A DNA stretch of 63,124 nucleotides, the filler included, from Welwitschia mirabilis (lineage: Eukaryota), in NCBI GenBank assembly GCA_051453625.1. It is 5 parts of one record of this genome, joined end to end, with 100 filler letters (N's around TTAATTAATTAA, not from the genome) between each part and the next. Parts side by side here need not be neighbours in the genome. Positions count along the whole stretch, not along the records: positions 1 to 23,546 come from JBOZIK010000001.1; positions 23,647 to 38,393 come from JBOZIK010000001.1; 3 more parts are not named here. One strand, written 5' to 3'. A program made the position numbers and the translations under genes. Positions 14,132 through 27,700 of the stretch are shown in pieces; within the stretch, counting starts at the first letter, position 1, and the number at the start of each line of letters is the position of its first letter. A model generated the notes under the pieces. That model was given only the letters and a program-made list of their open reading frames with translations, did no database searches and had not been told where the DNA came from.

Positions 14132-15453
14132 TTTGATTTTGTTTTTATATCAGGATCAATTTTAACTATGTATAAACCTAACATTATGCTTTCCACTAAG
14201 ATAATTGGGGAGTTTTTAGAAGTTTGACATCAACTATTACTTAATGCAAGTTATAAATTAATGATAGGAAAATAGAAAAAAATAAAGTTGAAAATGGTTT
14301 TGATTGAGACTTAAAGGAGATAAGCAAGCTAGATCTAACGTTTCACTAATTCATTCTCCAACAATCCTCCACCCCAGTGTTACCCAATGCTTTCTTGTAA
14401 TACACTTAAGACTATTAAGTAATTTAAGCTTAAATTATGGTAACATATTCTCATTCAACATATGAGTAATGGTGAACTCAATTGCCACTTGATCTTTCAC
14501 AACCTTAAAATAATAATGAAAGGTAAGAATCCTAAGAACTTAAAATTCATAAAGGTAAATACTTGAACTGAATGTTTAAAAAACTCACTCAAATGAAATG
14601 AATCTTAATAGTTAAGTTGCTACCTAAGCATTTCAAATATAAAGTGACTCATAATTTAAAACCAAAAGCAACAACTTTATGTATTATAGAAAAATAACAC
14701 TTTATAATAAAGGAAGAAGGATGTCATAAAATTCCTCAAGTAATCCTCAAAGACTAGCTTACTCCTTAAAGAGTTGCTTAAAAGGCCATTGTGGTTGATG
14801 CTTCAAGGTTCTAAATTTATTCAAAGCCAAAGATGATACAATGAAGAACTCAAGGCTCTTTTATAGGGTGAGATGGGGTTGGGTTGTCACAAGCTCTTAC
14901 CTTGTAGCATTAGATGAGTGGTTACAATAATTATGGCATTAGGTAGGGTGGTTTGTCATCTTTTACATTTGATAGAGGTTCTTATGATGACATTAACACT
15001 TGACTCTTAGATGCTGAAGCTACTCCTAACCACTATCATTACTATGTATCTCCACCATCATCCCACTTAGTAATCCCACATGTCACTTCTATGAGTTCTT
15101 ATTATTACTACCATGTGTCATCAAGAATGCAATTTACTTTTAATGTTAAATTTAATCAATCCCATAACTTCATTTGATTTAATAATTTTTGATAAATCAA
15201 GAATGTAAGAATTGAATTGTTCTTCCCTCATAGACGAGTAACACTAGTATTTCCAGATGATAACGCCAACATTTTATCTTGGATGATTATCAAATTTTGT
15301 AACCCAAAAATGTCATGGACAAATGATAAGTACAACTATTATGTTAAATCAATGAANNNNNNNNNNNNNNNNNNNNNNNNNNNNNNNNNNNNNNNNNNNN
15401 NNNNNNNNNNNNNNNNNNNNNATTATCATAATGCTAATATTTACATGTCAACA
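14132..15453 (-). repeat. 5' LTR of element 8191-15453
   Basis: Collinear with 8191-9384; ends TCAACA followed by TSD TCCCT. Confidence 0.85.
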
Positions 15454-17383
15454 TCCCTCCTCCTCCCACCAAAAACCTTTTGTTTATTATTTTAAAGTTA
15501 GGTGTAAGGGAGAAGGGTTTAGTTATTTTACATAATTTTATGTTTATTGTATATGAATTTTGGTAAATATTATGGCTATACTATTTTTGTTAATTAATCT
15601 CTTTAATTAGTAATAGTTTTAGTATATTTTAACTTACATTTATTTTAATAATAAAATAATAGAATTCATAGTGCTTTTATTGTAGTGTACAAACTTCTCT
15701 TCCCTTCCAATCATGTTGTCATTTAGCTATGCATAGATAATTTCTATGTTTGTGCAAGATTTTACTACTATATTTGGATAATATTAATGGTATCATTAGA
15801 TAGCATGGGCTATTAATTCCCTAGTTTGGGCTATTACTTTCTAGTTGTTTCATTGAGTGGAATTAATTATCTATATCATCATACCATCTTTATTCCTCTT
15901 AGTTTAAATCATATTTGTTTTTTTTGGCATATTGATGTTTATTGCATATATCATTATTATTAGGTAGTACCACATGACATTATGTTAAGAAATATTTGCT
16001 TTTCCCTTTTTGTGAGTCAGATTTATAGGCTTTAGAAAATTAAAATAAGTGTATAACATATGTTTGATGTTGTATCAATTATTTCTTATTAGTTTACCAT
16101 TCTAAAGGCTTTCTTAGCATGTCGCTAGAAGCATTAATATCCTAGTAACTAAATGTATTATCATGCTTAGGGATTTTTTAATTATGTAATAGTTATAAGT
16201 CCCTATACATTTTGTTAAAATCTCAAAGTGTTCTTTTCATGATTTTCTATCAAGACCATAATGAGTATTTCTTTAGGATGTAATTACTTAATAATAATGT
16301 GATGTTGAATCTATCTTACTTTTGTTATAAAGCAAGTGTACTAAAATAAATACATGTTTCATAATTATGTTCATTACTTTTTTATAGTATATGTTTAGTT
16401 TTCTAATGTAAATGATAGGGTAGAACCAATTATACAAGTTGTAGTATATCTTTTATGTTTTTGAATTAACATATTTGGATTTGTTTAACCTGATGCATTA
16501 TTCAAGAAGTCAATGTTTAAAAATATGGAAATTCAATAGTTTCATCCTTATTTTTTATTGTTCTTGTAGGTATAACACCTATGACTTAGATATCATGTTT
16601 GGAGTTGAAATTTTGGTATTGTTTTTGTATATAAAATTGGGATTTTCCACAGTTAATGGCATAAATTAACCTTATTTTTAAATTCTAGGTACTTTCAAAT
16701 CTATTGCAAGTCATTTTAGTAATTTTGAATAGAGCCTATGATTTACAATAAATTGTATTACAATTCTGAAGTGTCTTAAGACTTCTAGTAATGTAATACA
16801 CTTTTGAATGTATTATAGCATATTTCTCATGAATTATGTTTGGGTTTTTAAACTTAGTTAAGTAAATATTATTCAATCATAACTTTTCTAAATCAAAAGA
16901 AGAAATTTTGTAATCTTTAGTCGCATAGTCTTATTACAATTTTTATTTTTTCATTGAATCTAATTTCCTCATGTGTTTTCCAACCTATTCATGTGAGTAG
17001 TATTTATATGCTAAATTTTATTAGTTGCACTAGTGTGATGTATGTAACTAAGTCATCTTATAAGCCCTATTATAATTTGTATGATATAGGTACATGACAT
17101 AATACTACTCATTGCCATGGATGTCCACTATTGTGGGCATGCTTAAGATTACATCCATCACAAGGCTACCTAGTAATGTTTAGTTTCATATGGAATCCAA
17201 TTATAATGTGCAATATATGCACTATCATTTTACATTGTTATCTTAATTATTTATTTTACTTTCACCTTTGTTTAGAGCTCTATGTAATTACATGATCAAC
17301 TCCTAACTTATTGAATCTCAAATGTGAAATGGAAAAAGCCTTATGACACTAGGCTCTAGGCTAAGAAATGGAGTGTTATGTAG

Positions 17384-17395
17384 TGGTATCAGAGC
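17384..17395 (+). promoter_or_regulatory. tRNA-iMet PBS
   Basis: Perfect TGGTATCAGAGC directly after the LTR end. Confidence 0.9.
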
Positions 17396-20194
17396 ATAGG
17401 TTAAAATTCTTAATGTGTGGTTTATTATATATTATGATGCAATATATTATATTCAATGATTAGAACATGCTGTTAGTAGCAGAGGGTCCTTGTTTACCAT
17501 AAAATAAAACCATTATTTATTACATTGTTGTTATGATGGAATGGTTGACTAAATTGGTTGTTTATATTTGGTTAATAAAATTATTAAATGTTACATTATA
17601 ATAACTATGTGTTTACATTATTTCTAATTATTACATTAGAATATTATAGTTACAATTTTTGGTAATGATGCACTCATGTTTGTTTGTGTTGTTAAATCTT
17701 GAATAAAATTTCTTGGCATCATAACATTGCATGTTGTATAATGAAATTGTACTTAGAATTGTATTTTCATCTTAATGGAATCTAATGATTAGTAAAGAAA
17801 AGGTAGGTCATAGATGATTCATATAAACATTAAGGAAATATTTGATTATATATTTTCTTCTAGTGGACTTATAGTAGAAAAACTTTCTACCAAGATCTTG
17901 TGCAAGATGTTGAGTAGAAAAGGCAAAATATTTGAATTCAAGCCTTGTAGATTGATGAATCTAAAACATAATAATTTTATAGAGCATTGTGTAAGATCTA
18001 AGATAACAAAGACAACAATCACAAGTTGAAGTGCAATTAAATTTAGAAGAGTAAGTAAGTAAAAAGTGTCTTACTATTAGTGAGTTCAATCATCCGATAT
18101 TTTTAGGTATATAAGATCTAATCAAATTTAAGGCTTTAATAGTGAAGTTAAAAAATCTATTTATAATCTACTAAAATTTAGAATAGTAAAGAAAATAATT
18201 TATACTCCTCATCTTATAGAGAATACAACCCTTTGGTGTAGAAGTAAATGGAAATGATTAGAAGATCCTAAAACTCTTATGTGAAAAACTTACTAAATAA
18301 ATTCAAAGTAGATATATTACTTCCTATTATATTAATAGAAATATTAAAAATTTTTATATGATAAAATACACCAATAATAATTAGATAATTATAAACATCA
18401 ATTTATAGATCTACTTAGGTATGATCCAAAAATCAATACACAAACAGATAGAAAAGTGAAAAGGATTTTTTAAGGATGCTAAAGTAACATGAAAGATGAG
18501 ACAAATATCTTGCAATCATCTACATTATCCGTGATAGTTAAGAAATAAATACTAGTAATAAAAGTCTTAATTCCTAGTGGTTCTAAGTAAGAAAAAAAAA
18601 GTATAGGCTTTTAATTACTCAAAGTAGTAAAATAAGTGGTAGGAAAATAGTAAGAAATTCTTTATCCACCATATTACATGCTAGGAACAATCTCATAAAC
18701 ACCAAGAAAATAATGAATTTTATAAAAGGAAGCCAATATAATATTTCTATTATAAGGGATCTCATTTCAAAAGACACTATCTAATGTTACAAAACAAATA
18801 GTTGTAAGAAAAAAACCTATAATGACTAATAAGAGAAGTTTACATTCAATGTAATACATATATCTCAAGGATTACACCCTATTACTCTAGTTATAGAAGT
18901 AAAAAGTGTAATCTTCAACTAGAAATTATTATTCTTTTATATTTAGGTGCTTTAAATTTATATATTTTAGCATCATTATCTAGGAATCATGTTAATCTAG
19001 CACATAGAATGCATGATTATTTCTTAGTAGAATTAGTAAATAAGTAATGTATTTTCATCCAAGTTATCTAATATGTTTCTTATCTAATATGTTTTTATAA
19101 GTTATACATCTCAAAATGAATGAAAATTTGTTGGTATTACCTAAAATAGAATATGATATTATCTAAAGCATGTACTGGTTAGTTAGCCATAAGTTAGTAT
19201 TTGATTATAGCAAGAGAGATGTAATCATGATTAGGAATAGATCTAGAAGTGAGTTTTTTATACTTTGTTATTGCAATAATGCAATACTTATGATAGAAAG
19301 GTAACATATTAAGCTTGTTAAGAAGAGAAAATAATATTGATTAGCACATACCATATGAACAAAGATCTTAAAAAAATTCAAGTGATATAAGATTAATTGT
19401 ATTTGTTTTTAAGTGGATCATTAGGCATATTTTCTAAAATAGGTATGAAGTTTATTATAGAAAGTATCTTTAATAGATTTTATAAAGCTTAAGCTTAAAT
19501 TGATAGAACTCTTATAGAAGAATATCATTGCATCTATTTCATCATCATGGGGTTTTCTAATTAATCAAACTCTATGTAGATTATAGGTTACTGAATTAGG
19601 TAACCATTAAGAATGAACATCCATTTTCAAGGATAGATGATATTCTTAATTAATGAAAGGGAGTAGTCATCATATCCTAATTAATTTCAAGGTTAATATA
19701 TTATCAAGTTAGAATAAAAGAAGATGACATTCTAAAGGTAGCATTTAGAGTAAGGTATAACCTCTCTAAATTCAATGTGGTCCCCTTTGGTTTAACTTAT
19801 GCTTCTTTATTTTTTATAAGTATTATGAGAAAGGTATTCCTTGGATTCTTAAATAATTTTTTTATGGTATTTATGCATGACATATTAAGCTATATTAAAA
19901 CTAAATAAAAGGATAATATTGATGTAAAAGTAGCATAAAACATTTTAAGATAATACAAGTTTTACATTCATCTAATTAAGAGTGAATTTTGGAGAGAAGA
20001 AATCCACTATCTTGGGTATGTTATTAATAAGTATGAAGCATTATTGAAATAATGTACTATCAAAGAAATGATGGATTGATCTACACCTCTAGTGAAATCA
20101 AAAGTTTTCTTAGCTTAGTAGGTTATCACAGAAGATTCGTTAGAAACTTTATCTATATCTATAAGCCTTTAATATAATTAATCAAGAAGGATAC
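17396..20194 (+). mobile_element. Degenerate chromovirus (Tekay/Del-like) gag-PR-RT
   Basis: Protease remnants ILLYLGA (~18930) and DII*SMYWL (DxILGMDWL, ~19155). RT remnants LCVDYRLLN*VTIKNEHPFSRIDDIL, YYQVRIKEDDILKVAFR, VVPFGLT, VFMHDI and LVGYHRRFV between ~19570 and 20140. Confidence 0.85.
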
Positions 20195-21107
20195 CATAAT
20201 ACCCTAAATTTTGAAGCATAATTTCTCTCATTATTAATAATGATAATATTTCACATTTATCTGTGTAAAGGATTTAAGTTGGATTTAATTAAAGTATTAA
20301 ATTTTAAATGTGCATTCATATTTCGTCTTGATTTAATGATTCTATAGATGGTTTTGATGATGATATTTTAACTGTGTGGTGCTTTAATAATTTTACTATT
20401 AGACTTATTGGCTATTATAGATTGTTTAACTTCCTAATAAGATCTTTAGGTCCCTTATGCTAATCAAAACTACACTTAAATGGTGAACTTATTATTTATA
20501 TTATTTTCTCTTGTATTAATTGCTCAAAATAGCTTTATCTCTTAAAATGCTTTTTTTATCATGTGCTAAATCCTTTCAAGAAAATATGATAAATAATGAA
20601 TATATGTAAATCATGCATACAAATTTTAAATAACATTAATAATAAATATTATATGNNNNNNNNNNNNNNNNNNNNNNNNNNNNNNNNNNNNNNNNNNNNN
20701 NNNNNNNNNNNNNNNNNNNNNNNNNNNNNNNNNNNNNNNNNNNNNNNNNNNNNNNNNNNNNNNNNNNNNNNNNNNNNNNNNNNNNNNNNNNNNNNNNNNN
20801 NNNNNNNNNNNNNNNNNNNNNNNNNNNNNNNNNNNNNNNNNNNNNNNNNNNNNNNNNNNNNNNNNNNNNNNAACTTCCTAATAAGATCTTTGGATCCTGT
20901 ATGCTAATTAAAATTACACTTAAATGGTGAACTTATTATTTATATTATTTCCTCTTGTATTAATGGCTCAAAATAGCTTTATCTCTTAAAATGCTTTTTT
21001 ATCATGTGCTAAATCCTTTAGAGAAAATATGATAAATAATGAATATATATAAATCATGTATATAAATTTTAATTAACATTAATAATAAATATTATATGTA
21101 TATACAC

Positions 21108-21156
<49 letters not shown>

Positions 21157-22565
21157 GGATCAGCGGCAGGTAAGCACTGCTAGGAAGTTGGCAAGCATTG
21201 TCAGGAGGAGGAGCAGTTGGACTACGCTTATTTGCTTTGCAAGGCATGTTAGAGGCACATTGAAGATGGGAAAAAAAAACTTAATGGAGGAGTACCATTC
21301 TCTTAAAAAAAAGGCACCCAAGCTTCTCCAACTCCTCTCCTTCTCTGTTGTTTTTGGCAAACCATTGGCGTCCATTCATGGGACCAGAGTGCACGAATGG
21401 CATAGGGGAATTCCCTTTCTTGTTTTTTGTAGGAAGAGGCATGGAATAGGAGGCCATGGTATCTATCTGGGTCATTCCCTTAAAGAACAGTGATAAGCAG
21501 GAACGCAACAGCAAAGGCAAGCAGTGACAAAAAACTCCAACAGTAAAGGACTACCCGTGAGTGTCTAGAGGGAATGCCTGCGAATGTTTACATGGCAAGA
21601 GGCAACGTGTCTACGAAAGGGAGATGCTGCAAAAGATCGTGCATAGGCTAGACGCAGGGCGACAGCGGCGGCGGTGGCAGAAGATGAGTGCAAACGCTAT
21701 TGCAAGGAATGGAAGGATTGCTACATATGGAGGGCGGATGAATGCGGTCGCACAAGAGTCGACATAGTTACAGGCATGGCTTTCAGAGATGCTGGCAGAA
21801 ACGTGAGTGCAGCTATGAAGGTGGCAGAGGCATGAAAAATGCGAACTCCTTGAGGTAGAAGGGAGTCAGTAGATAAGCAAAACGAGGCCCAGTAAGAAAC
21901 AATGCCTATGAGATGCAGCCAAAAAAGAAATAAGGCCGCAGGTGAGGCTGCGAGCAAGAACGCGGCTACGGGCAATGTTGCAGGGCCGCAGTGACTGGCT
22001 TGTCGCGTGCTCAAAAATGCAGATGCCATGATGACAACAAACCCATGACACGACAAGAACGCGATGGGCCGAGTTCTTGGACACTGTGATAATGGACATC
22101 CATGGGACTGCAGACAAAAAGGACTGAGAGCTCGATTTTGGAGGGAACAAAATCGCTGTCATTGAGGATCTGGGAGCAACAAAGGTTTGATACTATGTTT
22201 GTTTCCCTTATTCTTTGAATATTGTTCTTATTTTATAGAAGTGCTCTATTATAGGTTTGATGTGTCTTTTATTAGAAGCAAGATAGTAGGGAGGCATTAG
22301 CTAATAGCATTGTCATACAAAATATTGCCTTTCTGTTCTTATTAAGTATCGTTACGCCTCTAAAGAAAAGGAATAGCAAGAGTTAAGGTTCATAAACAAT
22401 ATNNNNNNNNNNNNNNNNNNNNNNNNNNNNNNNNNNNNNNNNNNNNNNNNNNNNNNNNNNNNNNNNNNNNNNNNNNNNNNNNNNNNNNNNNNNNNNNNNN
22501 NNTTAAATCATGAATAAAAATTTTAAATAACATTAATAATAAATATTATATGTATGTACACGTGT

Positions 22566-22610
<45 letters not shown>

Positions 22611-23546
22611 TATGTCAAGAGGAGATTTTGGTAAGGGTGTTAATGAAAGTTATTAAAAGGGTCAACGGTAGGTAAGCGCTACTAGGAAGTTGGCAAGCAT
22701 TGTCAGGAGGAGGAACGGTTGGGCTATGCTTATTTGTTTTGCAAGGCATGTCAGAGGTACATGGAAGATGGGAAAAAAAACTTAATGGAGGAGTACCATT
22801 ATCTTAAAAAAAAAAAAGACACCCAAGCTTCTCCAACTCCTCTCCTTCTCTGTTGTTTTTGATAGACCGTTGGTGATCATTCATGGGACCAGAGTGCACT
22901 AATGGCATAGGGGGATTCTCTTTCTTGTTTTTTGTAGGAAGAGGCATGGAAAAGGAGCCCATGGTATCTATCCAAGTCATTCCCTTAGAGCACAGTAACG
23001 AGCAAGAACGCAACAGAAAAGGCAAGTAGTGACGAAAAACTCCAACAGAAAAGTACTACATGCGAGTGTCTGGAGGGAATGCATGCGAATAAAAGGTCTA
23101 CCTACGAATGTTTACACGGCAAGAGGTAGCGTGTCGACAGAAGGGAGACGCTATAAAAAATCATGCGTAGGTCGGACATAGGGTAGAGTGTAGATCAGAA
23201 GATGAGTGCAAACTTTNNNNNNNNNNNNNNNNNNNNNNNNNNNNNNNNNNNNNNNNNNNNNNNNNNNNNNNNNNNNNNNNNNNNNNNNNNNNNNNNNNNN
23301 NNNNNNNNNNNNNNNNCAAGAGGTAGCGTGTCTACAGAAGGGAGATGCTATAAAAAATCATGCGTAGGTTGGACATAGGGTAGAGTGTAGATCAGAAGAC
23401 GAGTGCAAACTTTGTCACAAGAAATGGAAGGATTGCTACATATGGAAAGCACATGAGTGCAGTCGCACAGGAGTCGACATAGTTGTAGGCATGGCTGTGA
23501 GAGATGCTAGCAGGAACATGACTGCAGCAGAGAAGGTAACAGGAGG
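20195..23546 (+). repeat. Tekay-like LTR inserted into the RT/RH linker; contains a duplicated GC-rich block
   Basis: Begins CATAATACCCTAAATTTT (TGTAATACCC with TG>CA) exactly where the RT frame KPLI*LIKKD breaks. 21155-21830 is repeated at 22655-23546. Confidence 0.55.
21110..21151. repeat. (TA)n microsatellite; a second copy lies at ~22570-22607
   Basis: Direct reading. Confidence 0.95.
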
Positions 23547-23646
23547 NNNNNNNNNNNNNNNNNNNNNNNNNNNNNNNNNNNNNNNNNNNNTTAATTAATT
23601 AANNNNNNNNNNNNNNNNNNNNNNNNNNNNNNNNNNNNNNNNNNNN
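23547..23646. other. Artificial scaffold linker N44-TTAATTAATTAA-N44 (also 38394-38493, 57569-57668, 61131-61230)
   Basis: The same 100-bp construction occurs four times. TTAATTAATTAA places stop codons in all six frames. Confidence 0.97.
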
Positions 23647-24493
23647 AGTCAAGTTTAAATATGAAAAATATTTGCTTTTGATGTTCTCATTATTCATTAC
23701 TTAAGCATTTATAGAGATTTTATTTGTAACATCCATATGTTTAACCAAAAATTATGAATGTTATTATGATACCAAAATGTAACATCTTTAGCATTTTTTA
23801 CCAAGACTATGCATTAATTAAAAATTTATAATATTTAAAATGAAAATTATCCTCTCATACCAAAGTGTAAGGTCCACTATTTTTTAACTAAAAAAACTTA
23901 AAATTTATAGTTTAATAAGGTATAAATATACAAAATATGTTAAACCACTTAAGGTAATTTATAATAGAAAAATAATGCTTATCCAATTAAGGATTTAAGT
24001 ATAAGATATAATAATATGCCATTTTTAATTAAAATAAAATATTAAGAAATAGATTAATTTGATAGCATATAGATACACCATTACAAATATGTTATAGGTA
24101 AAAGACCATCAAAAGTCAATCACAAAAGATAACATATTATAAGTTATAATGGTGAATAATTTACCTTATTTAACATTTTTTAAGTACAAGACAAATATGT
24201 TGCGATGCAAATTTGTGGGAATTTGATGGTGTATTTTGAGTACTTTTACAGGACATTCATATAAGTTTTGATGTAATACTAATGATTATGAGGATTTGAT
24301 ATAATGATTAGTAAAACATGGAATATTTGACATTATTGACAGTTTCCTAATCTTATTCCAATATTGTAGGTTTGGAGAAAAGACTTTATAGTANNNNNNN
24401 NNNNNNNNNNNNNNNNNNNNNNNNNNNNNNNNNNNNNNNNNNNNNNNNNNNNNNNNNNNNNNNNNNNNNNNNNNNNNNNNNNNNNNNNNNNNN

Positions 24494-24576
<83 letters not shown>

Positions 24577-24600
24577 GTATATGTATGTATGTATGTATGT
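24494..24600. repeat. Compound (TC)n(TA)n(TATG)n microsatellite
   Basis: Direct reading. Confidence 0.95.
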
Positions 24601-24799
24601 AAATTTTTTTTGTTTTTTAATATTAATCTGTATCATAGAAGGTATCATGTTCTATAATGAAATCTATCTCCTCAATATTCTTAATAAAGACAATGCACAA
24701 TTCCCTATTAAAGACTTACCAAATCAGCTTCTTACTTTATAATCATTACATTTACTTTAAATAATCTAGTAAATTGGTAGATTGAATAAGCTTTAAGGA

Positions 24800-27700
24800 A
24801 ATGACATGTTCTTTATTATCTAATCTTGGAACTTATATTATAGGTAGAGTGAAAGTATTCTTTCAAATAATTTAGCATCAATTTGTGATCATAGTACATT
24901 CTTGTTCTTTGCCCATTAACTTGATAGATTACTTTTTCATTAGAATTAGATATTATTATGGCTCTATTTACTAGAATTTTTGTTATGATATAGGGTCCCA
25001 ACTAGTTTTGTTTATATTTTTGTTTTGCATCAATTTTATTAAGGTCATAAATTAATATAAAATCCTCTACATTAAGATTTGTTTTCCTAGTTCTGTTATC
25101 ATGATATATTTTAGTTTTTGATGTATAAGTTCTTTATGTAGAAGAGAACCTTTTCTGTTTTCATCTAAAATATCTATGATTTCTATTCATTCTTTTTAAG
25201 TTGTATCTAAGTCATATTTTAATTGTTTAGCTAACTTAAATATTTTCATTCTAAATTCAATTGGAAAAATAGCCCTTTTTCTAGAGACTAATTCATGTGA
25301 AGTAATGTGATATGTTTCCAAATTATTCTATAAGCTTATAGAGATTTATTTAATTTATCATCCCAATCTATTTTTTTTACTATTTATAAATTTTATTAAT
25401 ATTATATTTAATTCTCCACTAGTTACTTCAGCTTGGTCATTAGTTTAATAATGATAAGCAATAGACAGTTTGTGGTGGATTCCGAATTTGGTCAAAAGTT
25501 TCTCAAAGACTTCACTAGTGAAATGAGTTTCTCTATTGGATATAAGACTTCGGGATACTTCAAACTAATAGATAATATTTCTAAGAAAAATGTTAACTAT
25601 AGTTTGGGAAGAATAATTAGTTATAACCTTAGCCTTAGTCCAGTTAGTAAAGTAATCAATGAAGACCAAAATATATATCTTTTTAAAGGATGAAGGATTG
25701 ATAAGTCCAATAAAATCTATTCTCCAAACATCAAAAGATTCAATTATATGAATCCATCATTATGGAATTTCTAAATTTTTGCTAAATGTACCTTATTTTT
25801 TATGTTTATTATAGCATTAGATATAAGCATTTAAATTCTTCAATATGATGGGCCAATAGTCACTCCTATTCTTTTTGCACCATAATTTCCTCCTCCTTCT
25901 CCTTCATGAGCTTTCTTTAAGATTTCTCTTTATAGGTTTTTCTTTATATACCTTTTGATAACTTGATCTTTGCATTCTTTAAATAACATCTTATCATATC
26001 AAATATAATCTCTAAATTCCCTTAATAATCTTTTTATTACATAATAAGTCATAAAATAAGGTAATCTTTTGATCACAAGAAAGTTGGCTATATCAGCATA
26101 CCATGGATTTGTCGTTACCTATAAAAGATGTTCATATGAAAACTAATCCCTTATGTTAATCTATTATTCATCTAAAAACTCTAACCTTGAGAGGTAATCT
26201 GTTATCACATTCTCTGTCCCTTTCCTATTAATAATTTTTAAATCAAACTTCTACATTAATAATATCCATCTCATAATTTTTAATTTTGTTTCTTTTTTAT
26301 TCATCAAAAATCCAATGGCACTATAGTCAATATGAACTTTCACTTCATAATCTAAAATATAATGTTCAAATTTTTCTAATGCTATTACCACTTCCAATAA
26401 CTCTTTCTCTATTACTTTGTAATTTTGTTAAGCTGGTTTGAAGTTATTACTGATATAAGAAATGGTATAAGCTTTATTATCTTCATATTTTTTTTTCTAA
26501 AAATACCCCTATAGAATGACTAGATGCATCAATAATAATTTAAAATGGTCTTACCTAACTTGACCCTTATAAAATAAGTGCTAATAAAAGTTTATCCTTT
26601 AAGTTTTGATAAGAATTTTGATGTTCATCAGTCTAGTCATATTCCACATCCTTTTGTAAGAGGTTACTCAAATGTTTAGCAATTTTACTGAAGCTAGATA
26701 TAAATCTTCTATGATATCCAACATGTGTTAAGAAAGATATCAATTCTTTTAGTTTAAATGAGGGTGGGATATCTTTTATAGCTGTAATTTTTTGCTCATC
26801 TATTTCAATCCCTTTTTGAGATATCTTATGTGCTAACACTATGCCTTCTATTACTATAAGATGATTTTTTGATAACTAAATGTAAGACATTTTTATTTAC
26901 ATCTCTCTAAAACTAATTTTAATCTATTGAGTAACTTCTCAAAATCATTTCTAAATGTTAAGAAATCATCCATAAATACTTTGATTAATCTTCATTTCAT
27001 ATCTTGAAAAATTCTATTTACTAACCTTTAAAAAGTAGTAGGAGTATTACATAGTTTAATTGATAGTACTTTATAGCATAAGCACCCCATTGATAAGTGA
27101 AGTTATTTTGAATTGGTTCTCTAAAGTTATAGAAACCTAGTTATAGCCACTATATCCATCCAAAAAGCTATAGTATTGCTGTCCAGACACTATTTCTAAA
27201 ACTTGATCTATAAACAAAAGAGAAAAATAATCTTTATAAGTTGCAGTATTTAACATGTTGAAGTTTATACACATTCTCCATTTATTTCCTTTCTTTAGTA
27301 CAACCATTACAAGACTAATCCATTCTCAATCAGATATAGGATACATGAATTCCGTATCTAAGAGTTTAAAAATCTCTTATTTAATTATCTCCTGCATGTA
27401 TGTGTTACATTTTCTTTCTAGTTGCTAGATTGGTTTGATATAGCTATCTAAATAGGTTCTGTGTTAGCATATGTTTGGATTTATTTCCTTAATATCTATA
27501 TGATTCCAAGCAAAGGCTTCTTTCTTTTTACCCAATATCCTTTTAAGTTTTCTTTTCTAAGAATGAGTTAAAAAACTATTTATGATTAGAGGTATATTAG
27601 GAGCTACTTTGATATATTCTTGTCCTTTCTTAAGAAAAGTCTTTTCTATCTCTTAAGCTGTTAAATATTCCTCCTCATATTTCTCCTCATTTTGTTTATT

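Larger units (their letters stand above)
8191..15453 (-). mobile_element. Fully bounded Athila-like LTR retrotransposon, gag-protease only (non-autonomous), TSD TCCCT
   Basis: LTR pair 8191-9384 and ~14132-15453; TCCCT at 8186-8190 and 15454-15458; Asp-type PBS at 14111-14128; gag PHFYGLESKDLYLHLKEF near 12915-12968; protease-region ORF 10953-11216. No RT, RNaseH or clear integrase found. Confidence 0.85.
7289..17383 (+). repeat. Tekay/Del-like 5' LTR (about 7289-8190 plus 15459-17380), split by a nested insertion
   Basis: Ends GAGTGTTATG (TGTTACA with CA>TG) just before the Met PBS. The two halves are joined by TSD TCCCT around the nested element. Left boundary approximate. Confidence 0.5.

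Noticed and set aside
245..19422. Recurrent TAAGTGGATCAT 12-mer (~246, ~9733, ~13185, ~19410)
   Set aside because: One pair may be gag homology (reported separately). The others share no flanking context or spacing, so no function can be supported.
21160..22162. Overlapping short ORFs in the GC-rich block as genes
   Set aside because: No recognisable domains, frames are not preserved in the second copy, and such ORFs are expected by chance at higher GC.
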